NCBI GenBank assembly: GCA_964570525.1
Contig: CAZMYO010000062.1
Coordinates: 1-63,385, forward strand
DNA length: 63,385 nt
Direction: 5' to 3'
DNA from: an uncultured Gammaproteobacteria bacterium
GTDB taxonomy: Bacteria > Patescibacteriota > Patescibacteriia > Magasanikbacterales > GWA2-37-8
Position 1 is the stretch's first letter; the number at the start of each line of letters is the position of its first letter. The position numbers and the translations under genes are program-made. Under the pieces are notes generated by a model. The model saw nothing but the letters and a program-made list of their open reading frames with translations. It was not told where the DNA came from and did not search any database. Shown one piece after another: positions 45,460-54,583 of the stretch.

Positions 45460-47331
45460 TTATCCCCTTATCTCTACTCCGGGACCAGTGGAAACTTTAT
45501 TAGATGGCCCTAAAATCTCTGCGATTTGGTCTTGTTCAAGCGTCTCTTTCTCGAGCAGCGCCTGTACCATCTTTTCTAGTTTATCACGATTAGACTCAAT
45601 TGTCTTCTTGGCTACTTTTTCGGCCTCGGCGATAAGACTCCTAATCTCTTGATCAATAATCTCGGCGGTCTTATCGCTGTAGTCGCGCGTTTCGTGAATT
45701 TCCCTGCCCAAGAATACCAGCTCTTCATGCTCGCCAAAGGTGCGCGGGCCAAGTGTCGTGCTCATGCCGTAGCGCGTCACCATATCGCGGGCGATTTTGG
45801 TGGCGTTTTTGAGGTCGCTCGAAGGGCCGGTAGACACGTTATCATCCCCAAAAATCATTTTCTCTACCACGTATCCACCGAGCGCCATGGCGAGCTCATC
45901 TTTAAATTGAGCGAGAGTATGATAATGCTTGTCTTCGGTCGGCATTTTTAGCGTATAGCCGCCGGCCTGCCCGCGCGAGATAATTGAAACCTTGCGCACC
46001 GGATCGGAATTGGGTAAGAGGTAACCGACAATCGCGTGTCCGGCTTCGTGGTAGGCGGTTGTTTTTTTATCGAGAACGCTCATAACGCGGCTCTTGCGTT
46101 CGGGCCCGAGGAGCACCTTCTCAATGCTCTCAAGAATTTCTTTTTCACCGATTATATTTTGCTCGCGGCGCACCGCTAGAATCGCCGCCTCATTCATTAA
46201 GTTGGCGAGATCAGCCCCCGAGAATCCGGGCGTGCGCTCGGCGATTTTGCGGATGCTCACTTCCGGAGCCAAAGGTTTACCTTTGGCGTAAATGCCCAAA
46301 ATCTCTTCTCTGTCTTTTATGTCTGGCAGGTCAATCACGACCCGGCGATCAAAGCGGCCGGGGCGAAGCAGAGCTGGATCCAAAACATCGGGGCGATTGG
46401 TGGCGGCCATAACAATAACGCCGTTGTTGGGTTCAAAGCCGTCCATTTCTACTAAAATCTGATTAAGGGTTTGTTCGCGTTCGTCATGTCCGCCGCCAAG
46501 CCCGGCGCCGCGGCGACGACCAACCGCGTCAATTTCGTCGATAAAAACAATGGCCGGGGCCGCTTTCTTGGCTTTAGCAAATAAATCACGCACGCGCGAA
46601 GCTCCCACCCCCACAAACATCTCCACGAATTCGGAACCGCTCATATGGAAAAATGGCACGTTGGCTTCGCCCGCGACCGCTTTCGCCAAAAGCGTTTTTC
46701 CGGTGCCGGGGGCGCCCATCAAGAGCACGCCCTTGGGGACCTTTGCCCCCATTTGAGTAAACTTTTTTTGATCGCGTAAAAATTCCACCACCTCCGCCAG
46801 TTCTTCTTTGGCTTCCTTGGCGCCGGCGACATCGGCGAATGTTTTCTGATCCTTGTCTTCCGGCTTCACCTGGCGCGGATTGCTCTGGCCAAAACCCATG
46901 GCGCGGTTGTTCGCCCCCTGGATACCGCGGGTCATGAAAAAGAAGAAGACGATAATGATGATAAGAGGGATGAGTCCCGGAAGAATATTCCCCAGCCAGA
47001 ACTTCCAGGAGTTCTCGTCTTTTACTTCCACCTGCAGGTCTTGGCGCGCCGCGTCGGTTACCCCGTAATTTTTTAAAATGTCGCCAAACGATTCCTGCGC
47101 TTCTTTTCTCACCTCCTGGGCGCGAGCTTTTTCATCCTTTAAGGCAACATTAAGAGTGTCTCCTTGCACCACTATCTTTTTAACGGCTCCGGCGTTAATC
47201 TCTTCCACTAGTTTACCAACGCCAATCACCTCGGGCTTCGAGCTGGCTCCGCCGCGCCATAAACTCAACGCTCCCGCCACAACCAGCAGGACCGAAAAAA
47301 TAATCAAAAAATTTTTCAAGAAATTACGCAT
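45460..47331 (-). CDS. ftsH: ATP-dependent zinc metalloprotease FtsH
   Basis: [18 protein letters not shown], the SRH region and the HEAGHA zinc site. Confidence 0.95.
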   Translation of the reverse strand: MRNFLKNFLIIFSVLLVVAGALSLWRGGASSKPEVIGVGKLVEEINAGAVKKIVVQGDTLNVALKDEKARAQEVRKEAQESFGDILKNYGVTDAARQDLQVEVKDENSWKFWLGNILPGLIPLIIIIVFFFFMTRGIQGANNRAMGFGQSNPRQVKPEDKDQKTFADVAGAKEAKEELAEVVEFLRDQKKFTQMGAKVPKGVLLMGAPGTGKTLLAKAVAGEANVPFFHMSGSEFVEMFVGVGASRVRDLFAKAKKAAPAIVFIDEIDAVGRRRGAGLGGGHDEREQTLNQILVEMDGFEPNNGVIVMAATNRPDVLDPALLRPGRFDRRVVIDLPDIKDREEILGIYAKGKPLAPEVSIRKIAERTPGFSGADLANLMNEAAILAVRREQNIIGEKEILESIEKVLLGPERKSRVMSVLDKKTTAYHEAGHAIVGYLLPNSDPVRKVSIISRGQAGGYTLKMPTEDKHYHTLAQFKDELAMALGGYVVEKMIFGDDNVSTGPSSDLKNATKIARDMVTRYGMSTTLGPRTFGEHEELVFLGREIHETRDYSDKTAEIIDQEIRSLIAEAEKVAKKTIESNRDKLEKMVQALLEKETLEQDQIAEILGPSNKVSTGPGVEIRG

Positions 47332-47416
47332 AGTAATAAAGTCTTAAATGTATTTTACATACTACCTTATTATTGAAAAAAAATCAAGCCTAAACGGCAA
47401 AGTTGAAGCGCCTACC

Positions 47417-47445
47417 AAAAAATCCCGATTTAATCGGGATTTTTT
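47417..47445. terminator. Bidirectional terminator
   Basis: aaaaaatcccgat-tta-atcgggatttttt. Confidence 0.65.
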
Positions 47446-47495
47446 AGAAATGTCCCGATAGCAGCGGCGCGTGTCGGGACGGCACGAAAGGTTGG

Positions 47496-48836
47496 TTAGA
47501 GCTTGCGAATACGGAGCCAAATCGGCTCGGTCGGCTTGCGCGTAAAGCCAATCTGCGGAGTAGGGCTAAAGTGGCGATCAGCGAGTTCAAACCGGACACG
47601 CTTTGCTGTTTCGGCAACGAGGAGCGCCATCTCCGTCTCGGCAAATTCCTTGCCAATACAGATACGCGGCCCGCTGCCAAAAGGCATGTGCGCCAGTTTA
47701 TGCTTCACCGAACCATCTAGAAAACGCTCGGGGTTAAACTCCAGAGGCTTGTCCCACCACCGTTCGTCTGTTCCCAAAAGAAAGATGGGGATGAGAACGA
47801 TCGATCGTTTGGGGATACGGTAGCCATCCAAGGTGTCTTCTGCCACTACCTCCCTACCCATGAGCCACGCCGTTGGAAACAAACGCATCGTCTCCTTAAC
47901 CGTGGCGCTAATGAGGCGCATCTCCCGATAGCTTTTGCTCGCGCGCGCTTCCTTCCCCAGTCGCTCCATCCACTCCGGACGGCGCGCCAGTAAGTACCAA
48001 AGCCAGGTGAGCGCGATGCCAGTCGTTTCGTGTCCGGCCAGCATGAACGTCTTGATGTTGTCGAGCACCGCTTCGTCCGTCATCCCAGCCTGGAGGAGAG
48101 TAGAAATGAGATTTGGGCGTTGCTCTCCGTGGCCGAGCTTAACTTTCTCGGCGACGATAAGCCGACGGCTAACAGTATTAAGCGTTCGTTTGGCGGCCGC
48201 CAAACTGCGGTTGGCCGAGGTCGGCAACCAACGCAAGGTGAAGGGGTCGTGCATTCCCGGAAAAATGGCCTCGAGTCCACGATCGGTGGCTTCACCAATC
48301 TGTTTGAGCTCGTCGCTAAAGTTAACACCTAAAATGCATTCCCCGAGTATTTGGAGCGTGAATCGCTCCATCGCCTCGCTCATGTTGAGGTTTTCCCCGC
48401 GCTCGGCCAGCCGCTCCCATTCTGTTACCGTAGCGTTGACGCACCGCTTCATTATCACGGCCGTTTCCTGGAGGGAACTGCCCCGAAACTGGGGATTCAT
48501 TGTATCGCGCATGCTTTTCCAGGCCGGGCCGCGTGAAGTCAAGACTCCCCAGCCAACAAGCTCGGCCAGTCGCTTCATACCGAGGGCAATTGGCTGGTAC
48601 TTGTCGCGCTCGGGTTCTTTTACCAGAACCCGGTGTACGAGCTCCGGGTTAAGGAGCAGAAACGCCGGTGTAAACAGGTTAAAGGCCACCAAATTGGCCG
48701 TGCGGCCAAAGCTCGATGCCAGCTCTCGAAGGTATCCTTCCGGATCATTGCGAAAACGGAAAAAACCCATCATTTTAGCCAACCCCCGCGGGCCCGGCGC
48801 GACATTTTTCTTATTTCCAAGACTTGGGTGATTCAT
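47496..48836 (-). CDS. Cytochrome P450
   Basis: FGSGPRICIG is the heme Cys loop, AGHETTG is the I-helix motif, and ETMRLFP is ExxR. aaggag lies 7 nt before ATG-48836. GC is elevated (36/60 in 47581-47640). Confidence 0.85.
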   Translation of the reverse strand: MNHPSLGNKKNVAPGPRGLAKMMGFFRFRNDPEGYLRELASSFGRTANLVAFNLFTPAFLLLNPELVHRVLVKEPERDKYQPIALGMKRLAELVGWGVLTSRGPAWKSMRDTMNPQFRGSSLQETAVIMKRCVNATVTEWERLAERGENLNMSEAMERFTLQILGECILGVNFSDELKQIGEATDRGLEAIFPGMHDPFTLRWLPTSANRSLAAAKRTLNTVSRRLIVAEKVKLGHGEQRPNLISTLLQAGMTDEAVLDNIKTFMLAGHETTGIALTWLWYLLARRPEWMERLGKEARASKSYREMRLISATVKETMRLFPTAWLMGREVVAEDTLDGYRIPKRSIVLIPIFLLGTDERWWDKPLEFNPERFLDGSVKHKLAHMPFGSGPRICIGKEFAETEMALLVAETAKRVRFELADRHFSPTPQIGFTRKPTEPIWLRIRKL

Positions 48837-49314
48837 TGGCCGCTCCTTTTTTTGAGAAAACCTTTTCCTCGCAGCCAACTATACACTATAATCCTTAAAA
48901 TTAGCAACTGTTAGAACTAAAATCCTACCACGCCATTCACTATATTTTTTCTTCAAACTTTGGATATGTTTACTCTCGCCACAACCAATACTCCCATATC
49001 ACCTGCTCATGTATTTTTGTGGTATTGCCATGACTTAGTAGTCCAAGATATGATTGAAAACTCTCCTCACTCACTGATGATCTAATGTTCCGCATCATTT
49101 GCTGTTTTGTTTTACTATCCGACTTGAGTATGCCACAAAAATATAGATTCCCATATTTTCATCGCTCGTTCGGAAGTGAAAAAAATTTTTTCACTTCTCT
49201 CGCTCGCTTGAAAATGATTCGCCCGCCCCAGTTTCCCAGGGCGGGCGTTTTGTTGCGATGGCGAGCCGACCGCGTGCCGCCTAAAGCTTCAGCGGTGGCG
49301 CAAGGATCCAAGCG

Positions 49315-49333
49315 ATCCCGACTAAGTCAGGAT
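49315..49333. repeat. Degenerate, inverted-orientation copy of the CCCGAC hairpin
   Basis: atcccgactaagtcaggat lies 18 nt downstream of the stop of the high-GC ORF. Confidence 0.45.
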
Positions 49334-49350
49334 GCCCAAGTACCCTAGGG

Positions 49351-49944
49351 CTACTCGCTGACGAAGCCGACGAGGCAGTGCCGACCCCAGTCACCCTCGA
49401 CCGTGCGGCAGAACAGGTTGCGCCAGTCGGAGTAGGAGCGGCCGCTGAGGAAGAGCACGCTGCCCTGCTGCCGGGAGCCGAGCGCCACGATGGGGTTCTC
49501 GCGCTTCTCGCCGGGCAGCTTGATGGCGATGCCCATCGTGTGGCGAGTCTCGATCGTCTTGGGGCGACCGTTCGCCTTGCCCCACGCGCGGACCTCGTCG
49601 TCCCCCCACTCGCGGTCGAACCCGACCAGGTCGACCTTCGTCGGCTTGTCGAGCCCCACCCGCTCCTTGGCGAACTGGCGGATGAGATAGCCGAGATCGC
49701 GCTCGTTGTCGAACTTGCCGAGGCGGACGGCCTCGGCAAAGTCCGCCGCCGAGTAGGCCGGGACAATGATCGTCTTCACCACCCTGCCGACGAGCGGCGG
49801 CGGAGAGGCGGGCTGCTGGCGCACGATCTCCTCGACCGTGAGCTTGCGCTCGCCGCGGAACACCGCACGTGCGATCTCCGAACCACCCACGATATTGAGG
49901 AGTGCTTCGGTCTCGCCGAGGGTCCAGTTATTGTACTTTCCCAT
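49351..49944 (-). CDS. Hypothetical protein encoded by a very high-GC foreign-looking gene (197 aa)
   Basis: aaAGGAGacccg precedes the ATG (M42 of the ORF-track ORF). Codons are GC3-saturated (45/60 GC in 49561-49620). All six frames are open. I recognise no family. Confidence 0.65.
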   Translation of the reverse strand: MGKYNNWTLGETEALLNIVGGSEIARAVFRGERKLTVEEIVRQQPASPPPLVGRVVKTIIVPAYSAADFAEAVRLGKFDNERDLGYLIRQFAKERVGLDKPTKVDLVGFDREWGDDEVRAWGKANGRPKTIETRHTMGIAIKLPGEKRENPIVALGSRQQGSVLFLSGRSYSDWRNLFCRTVEGDWGRHCLVGFVSE

Positions 49945-50204
49945 CGGGTCTCCTTTCAGGCTGAAAGCCCAAAAAGCCTTTTGCCCCTGCCCGGGGCCCA
50001 GGTCTCTTGTCTCATGAGAAGAGCTTTTGTACCACTTGCAAACAAATGAAACTAAAGCTTTTCTCAATAATTTTGCTTGATTTATTGGCTAATTATACAA
50101 AGAGCTAACGAATTATAATAGCACAAAATAAGAGTTTTGTCGACCGTGTACAGTATCCCCGCACCAGAAGGGTACGGGGATTTCCAAATATTTAATACTT
50201 GTGT

Positions 50205-51398
50205 TTATTCAGCTGCTTTTGTATCCTTGGCCGAAGGTTCTTCGGCGTTTGCCTTTTCGGCGGAAGCTTCCTTCTTTTCGGCCGCCGCCTTGTTGGCAGC
50301 CGTGCGTCCGCTTTTGCCTTTAACACCGGCGAGCTTCAAACCCAAACGATGTTCGGCCGGCTCGAGCGAGACGATTTCAAAGTCCAATTCTTGCCCAATT
50401 TTAAATTTATCGGCCATATTGTTTATGGGCTGATCGGAAAGCTCGGAGATGTGAGCGAGACCGTGAATGTTTTTATCGAGACCAATCATCAAACCAAACA
50501 GTTCGATCTTTAAAATTTTCCCCTTAACCGTATCGCCAACCTTGAATTTTTCTTTTACCGACTTCCAAGGGTCTTCGATGGTACGCTTGATGGAGAGATA
50601 AATTTTGGAGTGATCAAGTTGGATAACTTGCGCCTTAACCATGTCGCCTATTTTTAGAACATCTTTAGGATGATCAATTCTTTGCCAGGCGATTTCGGAA
50701 ATGTGCACCAATCCTTCCAGGCCCTGGCCAAACTTAATAAAGGCTCCAAACGACGTGAGGGCGCTGATCTCGCCTTCCACAACATCACCAATTTTATAGG
50801 CTTCAAGCACGGCCTTCTGGGAATCTTCCCACACCGCGCGCTCTGATACGATTAGCTTGTCTTCTTTATCATTAACGTCAATTACCTTTACCTCGAGCTC
50901 CTTGCCCACCATTTCTCTAAGTTTTTCAAAGATGCGATTTTTGTCGCCCCCCGCTACGCGCGGATAATTATCCGGGCTAAGTTGCGATACCGGCAAAAAT
51001 CCGTTCAAGGCTTCTACCTGCATCATCAGGCCGCCTTTGTTGGCCGCGACTATCTTGGCCTTGATGGTTAACCCTTCTTTCATCCACTTTCTCATGTTGT
51101 CCCAGGCTCGTTTGTAGCCGGCGATACGGAACGACAATTCCATTTCCCCATTTTCGTTTTCAAGCTCCATTACCGTAGCCTCCACCTCGTCGCCAACCTT
51201 CAAACCGGAATACTCGCGCGACTCGGCGAACATCTCTTGGCCGCGCACAACGCCGGTAGTCATTCCTTCAATATCAATATGCACCTCGCCGCGATCAACG
51301 GAGATTACTTTTCCTTTCACCACGTCGCCGGCCGCCGGCACATCCATGGCATGCGCTTGGAAGAGTGATTTAAAATCTTGTGTCTTAGTGTCTGTCAT
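50205..51398 (-). CDS. rpsA: 30S ribosomal protein S1 (four S1 domains)
   Basis: Repeated G.VV.G.V......G..V S1 motifs. The tail is rich in Lys, Ala and Glu. Confidence 0.9.
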   Translation of the reverse strand: MTDTKTQDFKSLFQAHAMDVPAAGDVVKGKVISVDRGEVHIDIEGMTTGVVRGQEMFAESREYSGLKVGDEVEATVMELENENGEMELSFRIAGYKRAWDNMRKWMKEGLTIKAKIVAANKGGLMMQVEALNGFLPVSQLSPDNYPRVAGGDKNRIFEKLREMVGKELEVKVIDVNDKEDKLIVSERAVWEDSQKAVLEAYKIGDVVEGEISALTSFGAFIKFGQGLEGLVHISEIAWQRIDHPKDVLKIGDMVKAQVIQLDHSKIYLSIKRTIEDPWKSVKEKFKVGDTVKGKILKIELFGLMIGLDKNIHGLAHISELSDQPINNMADKFKIGQELDFEIVSLEPAEHRLGLKLAGVKGKSGRTAANKAAAEKKEASAEKANAEEPSAKDTKAAE

Positions 51399-51410
51399 AT
51401 AAATAGGAAT

Positions 51411-51429
51411 ATCCCGACTTAGTCGGGAT
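51411..51429. repeat. CCCGAC-TTAG-GTCGGG hairpin in the rpsA leader
   Basis: atcccgacttagtcgggat. A degenerate second copy lies at 51505-51523. Confidence 0.65.
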
Positions 51430-51576
51430 TGTTACTCCCAACGAAATATACCGCGTCTTTAACTTGTACATTTCGAGCGAGTAACAAAAAAATTCTGCTT
51501 ATCCCTCCCGACTTAGTCGAGACAGGTGCCTCTCTCTAGAGTGGAGAGGCTTGGATGTGTAAAATGTAGTGATTTG

Positions 51577-51605
51577 ATTCTACCCCAAAGCGCTAAATAT
51601 GTCAA
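51577..51605 (-). promoter_or_regulatory. sigma70-type promoter for rpsA
   Basis: On the minus strand: TTGACA, a 17-nt spacer, then TAGAAT. This implies a ~170-190-nt leader. Confidence 0.55.
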
Positions 51606-51695
51606 CCCCGCGCCAAAAGCGCCACCCTTTTCTAGATTTCGTAAAATTTAACAAATGAATGTTAAAACAGTATCAGATTTATTTGAGATTTAAGT

Positions 51696-52259
51696 TTAGG
51701 CGGCGTGTTGCCGAGAGAGCTCCGCCTGGCGCGCGGAAAATTCGGGAATAACTTCGGCCACGAGCTTCCAGAAACGCCGGGAATGGTTCATCTCCTTAAG
51801 GTGGCAAAGCTCGTGCACCACCACGTAATCCACCAGGTGATTGGGAAGAAAAAAAAGTTTATAGTTAAAATTTAAATTCCCGCGGCGCGAGCAACTGCCC
51901 CAGCGGGTTTTTTGATTCCGGATAGAAATTTTTTGGTAGCTAAATTGATAGTGCCGGTTATGCTCGGTGATTTTTTGGATAATATGAAGACGAGCGCGGG
52001 AGCGATGATTGAGATAATGCTCGCGGTTAGGCGCAAATAATTCCCGGCCGGATATAGTTTTAAACCGCGCAACTTTCTCCAATATCCAGCCGGCTTTTTG
52101 CCTTATAAACGATTCAGCCTCCGACCACGTTACCCAGCGCGGAATAGTTAACGACACCTCGGCGGCGCAATTTACGGTGAGGCGCAGACGCTTGGCTTTG
52201 GGGTGGCGGCGAACGGTGTATGATATTTCTTTTTTATTGAGGGTAATTTTTTTCAGCAT
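51696..52259 (-). CDS. YgjP-like (DUF45/M48-type) zinc metallohydrolase
   Basis: VVHELCHLKEMNHSRRFW contains an HExxH...H motif. Confidence 0.8.
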   Translation of the reverse strand: MLKKITLNKKEISYTVRRHPKAKRLRLTVNCAAEVSLTIPRWVTWSEAESFIRQKAGWILEKVARFKTISGRELFAPNREHYLNHRSRARLHIIQKITEHNRHYQFSYQKISIRNQKTRWGSCSRRGNLNFNYKLFFLPNHLVDYVVVHELCHLKEMNHSRRFWKLVAEVIPEFSARQAELSRQHAA

Positions 52260-52330
52260 AACTACTTCATTGTAACAGTCGCGGCAATTTGCTACAATAG
52301 AAACGAGTTTGTAATTATGTCAGGCCTCGC

Positions 52331-52351
52331 AATCCCGACTTAGTCGGGATT
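52331..52351. repeat. CCCGAC-TTAG-GTCGGG hairpin
   Basis: aatcccgacttagtcgggatt. Confidence 0.65.
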
Positions 52352-52379
52352 AACTCACCCTTAGAAATTATCGCTTAGT

Positions 52380-52655
52380 ATGATTTCTATCCCGCTCTAC
52401 CTTCCTCTCTTTGTTTACCTCTTTTTTCTATTGATCTTTGTGGTATTTTTTTTGGTGAATGTTTGGCACTTGGCGGAAACCGGAACCTTTACCTTCGTGA
52501 GTTTTTTAGCAACCTTTTTCTGCCTGGCCCTCACCACACTCGCCCTCTGGGCTACCTGGCAACTCCTTCAAAATGTCGGTTGGCAGGAGCCGGTTACCCT
52601 CTGGAATTCCGCCTGGCTCGGCAGTATTTTTTCTGTCTCGCCTTCTTCATTTTGA
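52380..52655 (+). CDS. Small membrane protein, hypothetical
   Basis: Two or three hydrophobic helices. It lies upstream of the PH-domain membrane protein. Confidence 0.4.
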   Translation: MISIPLYLPLFVYLFFLLIFVVFFLVNVWHLAETGTFTFVSFLATFFCLALTTLALWATWQLLQNVGWQEPVTLWNSAWLGSIFSVSPSSF

Positions 52656-52696
52656 ACCCACCCAGATTTTCGGATATTGTTTCTAAATATACCGGT

Positions 52697-53245
52697 ATGC
52701 ATCTTACTCAATTCATTCATCAAAAATCGTACGAGCGTATTATTTACCAAATGCGCCGGCACCCCATAACCTTTGTTCCGGCCGCGCTTGGGTTTTTTCT
52801 TTTATTGGCTATTCCGGTGGTTTTGTATTGGTTCACTGGCAGGCTCTTCCCCACCTTGTTAAGCGGATCGGTTGCCTACCCCCTCTTAGCGCTTCTCGGC
52901 AGTCTCTTTTATCTTTTTTCCATTTTATTTTTCTATACTTATTTTATAACTTTTTATTTGGATCTTTTGATTGTCACCAACGACCGGCTTCTCCACATTG
53001 AACAAGAAGGCCTGTTCGCCCGCACCATCTCCGAGCTCGATCTCTACCGAATTCAAGATATCACCTCCGAAATTAAAGGGGTTTTCCCATCGCTGTTTGG
53101 CTACGGCAATCTTCTCATTCAAACGGCCGGAGCGGTGGAAGAGTTTAAAATCACAAACATCGCGCATCCGGAAAATTTGCGCCAAGAGATTCTTGATTTG
53201 GCGGAAGAAGATCGCAAATACCACGCGCAAACGACAAACCCATAA
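52697..53245 (+). CDS. Membrane protein with a bacterial PH (YdbS/YdbT-like) domain
   Basis: Two TM helices followed by the pattern TNDRLLHIEQEGLFARTISELDLYRIQDI...GNLLIQTAG...F. The start was set to ATG 52697. Confidence 0.55.
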   Translation: MHLTQFIHQKSYERIIYQMRRHPITFVPAALGFFLLLAIPVVLYWFTGRLFPTLLSGSVAYPLLALLGSLFYLFSILFFYTYFITFYLDLLIVTNDRLLHIEQEGLFARTISELDLYRIQDITSEIKGVFPSLFGYGNLLIQTAGAVEEFKITNIAHPENLRQEILDLAEEDRKYHAQTTNP

Positions 53246-53246
53246 T

Positions 53247-53276
53247 AAAATCCCCCGCCTAGGCGAGGGATTTTGT
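53247..53276. terminator. Bidirectional terminator
   Basis: aaaatcccccgcc-tag-gcgagggatttt. Confidence 0.6.
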
Positions 53277-53277
53277 T

Positions 53278-53910
53278 TTATTCTGATTTTTTATCGTCTT
53301 CATGCGCTGGCAGTGCCGGAACCTCCGGCTTACCGGTCAGCTGTGGCGGGGTGTCTGCTTCCGATAACTCTTTTGTACGCGGGCCAAATAGTTTGGCAAT
53401 GGCCGCCTGACCTTTTTCGGTAAATCCTTCATTAAATCTGCGTTTTTTCCTTACTGCATCTTCGTTCATGTCGTAGTCTCTCTGTCTTACAAGGGGATAA
53501 AATATATTAAATAGAAATTTTGTTTCTCGTTCTGACAATTTTTCACCGTCTACAGTGCCCCCACCATGTCGCCAGATTTTAAGCTTAACTCCATTAAACT
53601 TACCTTCAACGTTGCCGTAATCCGTTATTTGTAGGTCTCTGACATGTTCGGCTAACGCCTCTTCGTGGGAAATATCTAATCCTGCCACCTCTTTAGGCTT
53701 AGCTTTAGGCTTAGCTCTTCTTGAAAAAAGTTTTTTATACCAACTTTTTTTTATCCATTCTATCTCGTTCTCCTTGTTTCTTAATTGTGCTTCTTCAGAG
53801 GCTATGCGATCGCTTTCTAGGGCCGATTTGCGAACAAAAGATCCGCCTTTGTCTTTCACGTGACGAGCGGGGTCAAAAGGTTCTTTTTCCGCGGGATGTC
53901 TGTAGGGCAT
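53278..53910 (-). CDS. Hypothetical protein
   Basis: A 210-aa charged protein. I recognise no family. Confidence 0.45.
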   Translation of the reverse strand: MPYRHPAEKEPFDPARHVKDKGGSFVRKSALESDRIASEEAQLRNKENEIEWIKKSWYKKLFSRRAKPKAKPKEVAGLDISHEEALAEHVRDLQITDYGNVEGKFNGVKLKIWRHGGGTVDGEKLSERETKFLFNIFYPLVRQRDYDMNEDAVRKKRRFNEGFTEKGQAAIAKLFGPRTKELSEADTPPQLTGKPEVPALPAHEDDKKSE

Positions 53911-53934
53911 ATGGTATGAAATAATTTACGGTGG

Positions 53935-53966
53935 GTAGAGACGTCCACCTAGGCGGACGTCTCTAC
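53935..53966. repeat. REP palindrome downstream of the RAYT gene
   Basis: gtagagacgtcc-acctag-gcggacgtctctac. Confidence 0.65.
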
Positions 53967-54003
53967 AATTTAATATATCAAACTAACGGCACGTTGTCTA
54001 GCA

Positions 54004-54564
54004 TTAGACAAACATTTCATCCTCAAACCATTTAGTAGGGTTTTCCAGAATATATTGGCGTATTTTTTCTAGCGAACGATCGTCATGAATGATGTGGTCG
54101 TGGAAACGCGATTGCCAGGCGAAATTAGAAATATTTAATTCTTTAACAACCCTACGCGCCACCGCGCCCTTAAAACCACGGACTATTGATGATAAATTAT
54201 TCCGTTGAGGACCAAAGGTATTTTTATAATTCATCTCGCGTTGTAGAGACGCATTGCAATGCGTCTCTACGGCCTGGTTGTCCAACGCTATTATCACATG
54301 TACATGATTCGGCATAATAACCCATTCGTCGATGTTAACATTCGGCCTGATTTCACCTGTTTTTAATAATTCTTCTTTAACAATCTCGCCAATTCCCGAT
54401 AATTCCATTGCACCCTCTTTCACCTCTCCAAAATATTTCTCTCTGCCTCTGGTGCAAATCGTCACAAAATATAATCCCGTCTGGCTATAATCGTATCCAA
54501 CCATTCGCGCCGACTGGATTCGATAGATATTTTTAAATTTTGGGTCAGGGTCAGCCTCTTGCAT
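54004..54564 (-). CDS. REP-associated tyrosine transposase (RAYT, IS200/IS605 Y1 HUH family)
   Basis: MPNHVHVII is the HUH motif. The C-terminal part QSRFHDHIIHD...IRQYILENPTKW is typical. The start was set to ATG 54564 because upstream codons lie in a REP. Confidence 0.75.
   Translation of the reverse strand: MQEADPDPKFKNIYRIQSARMVGYDYSQTGLYFVTICTRGREKYFGEVKEGAMELSGIGEIVKEELLKTGEIRPNVNIDEWVIMPNHVHVIIALDNQAVETHCNASLQREMNYKNTFGPQRNNLSSIVRGFKGAVARRVVKELNISNFAWQSRFHDHIIHDDRSLEKIRQYILENPTKWFEDEMFV
54243..54270. repeat. REP palindrome inside the RAYT CDS
   Basis: gtagagacgcattgcaatgcgtctctac is translated as VETHCNASLQ. Confidence 0.65.
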
Positions 54565-54583
54565 GATAGTAGAGATGTATGGT

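Noticed and set aside
47935-48831. A 298-aa plus-strand ORF antisense to the P450 gene (also 47444-47680, 47503-47823, 48030-48332)
   Set aside because: The minus strand encodes a complete P450 with all signature motifs. The antisense products are Ser/Arg-rich with no motifs.
48880-49350. Small ORFs in the AT-rich spacer (for example a 39-codon ORF near 48974-49093 and the 87-aa ORF 49085-49348)
   Set aside because: They have no SD and odd composition. The 87-aa ORF runs across terminator-like hairpins and into the 3' flank of the high-GC gene.
49378-50049. Plus-strand 223-aa ORF and other overlapping ORFs (49281-49766, 49391-49609, 49490-49690, 49766-50017), plus the 41-codon N-terminal extension of the 49351-50067 ORF
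   Set aside because: This is the same high-GC open-frame artefact. The extension upstream of M42 lies in AT-rich sequence after the compositional boundary and has no SD, whereas ATG-49944 has AGGAG.
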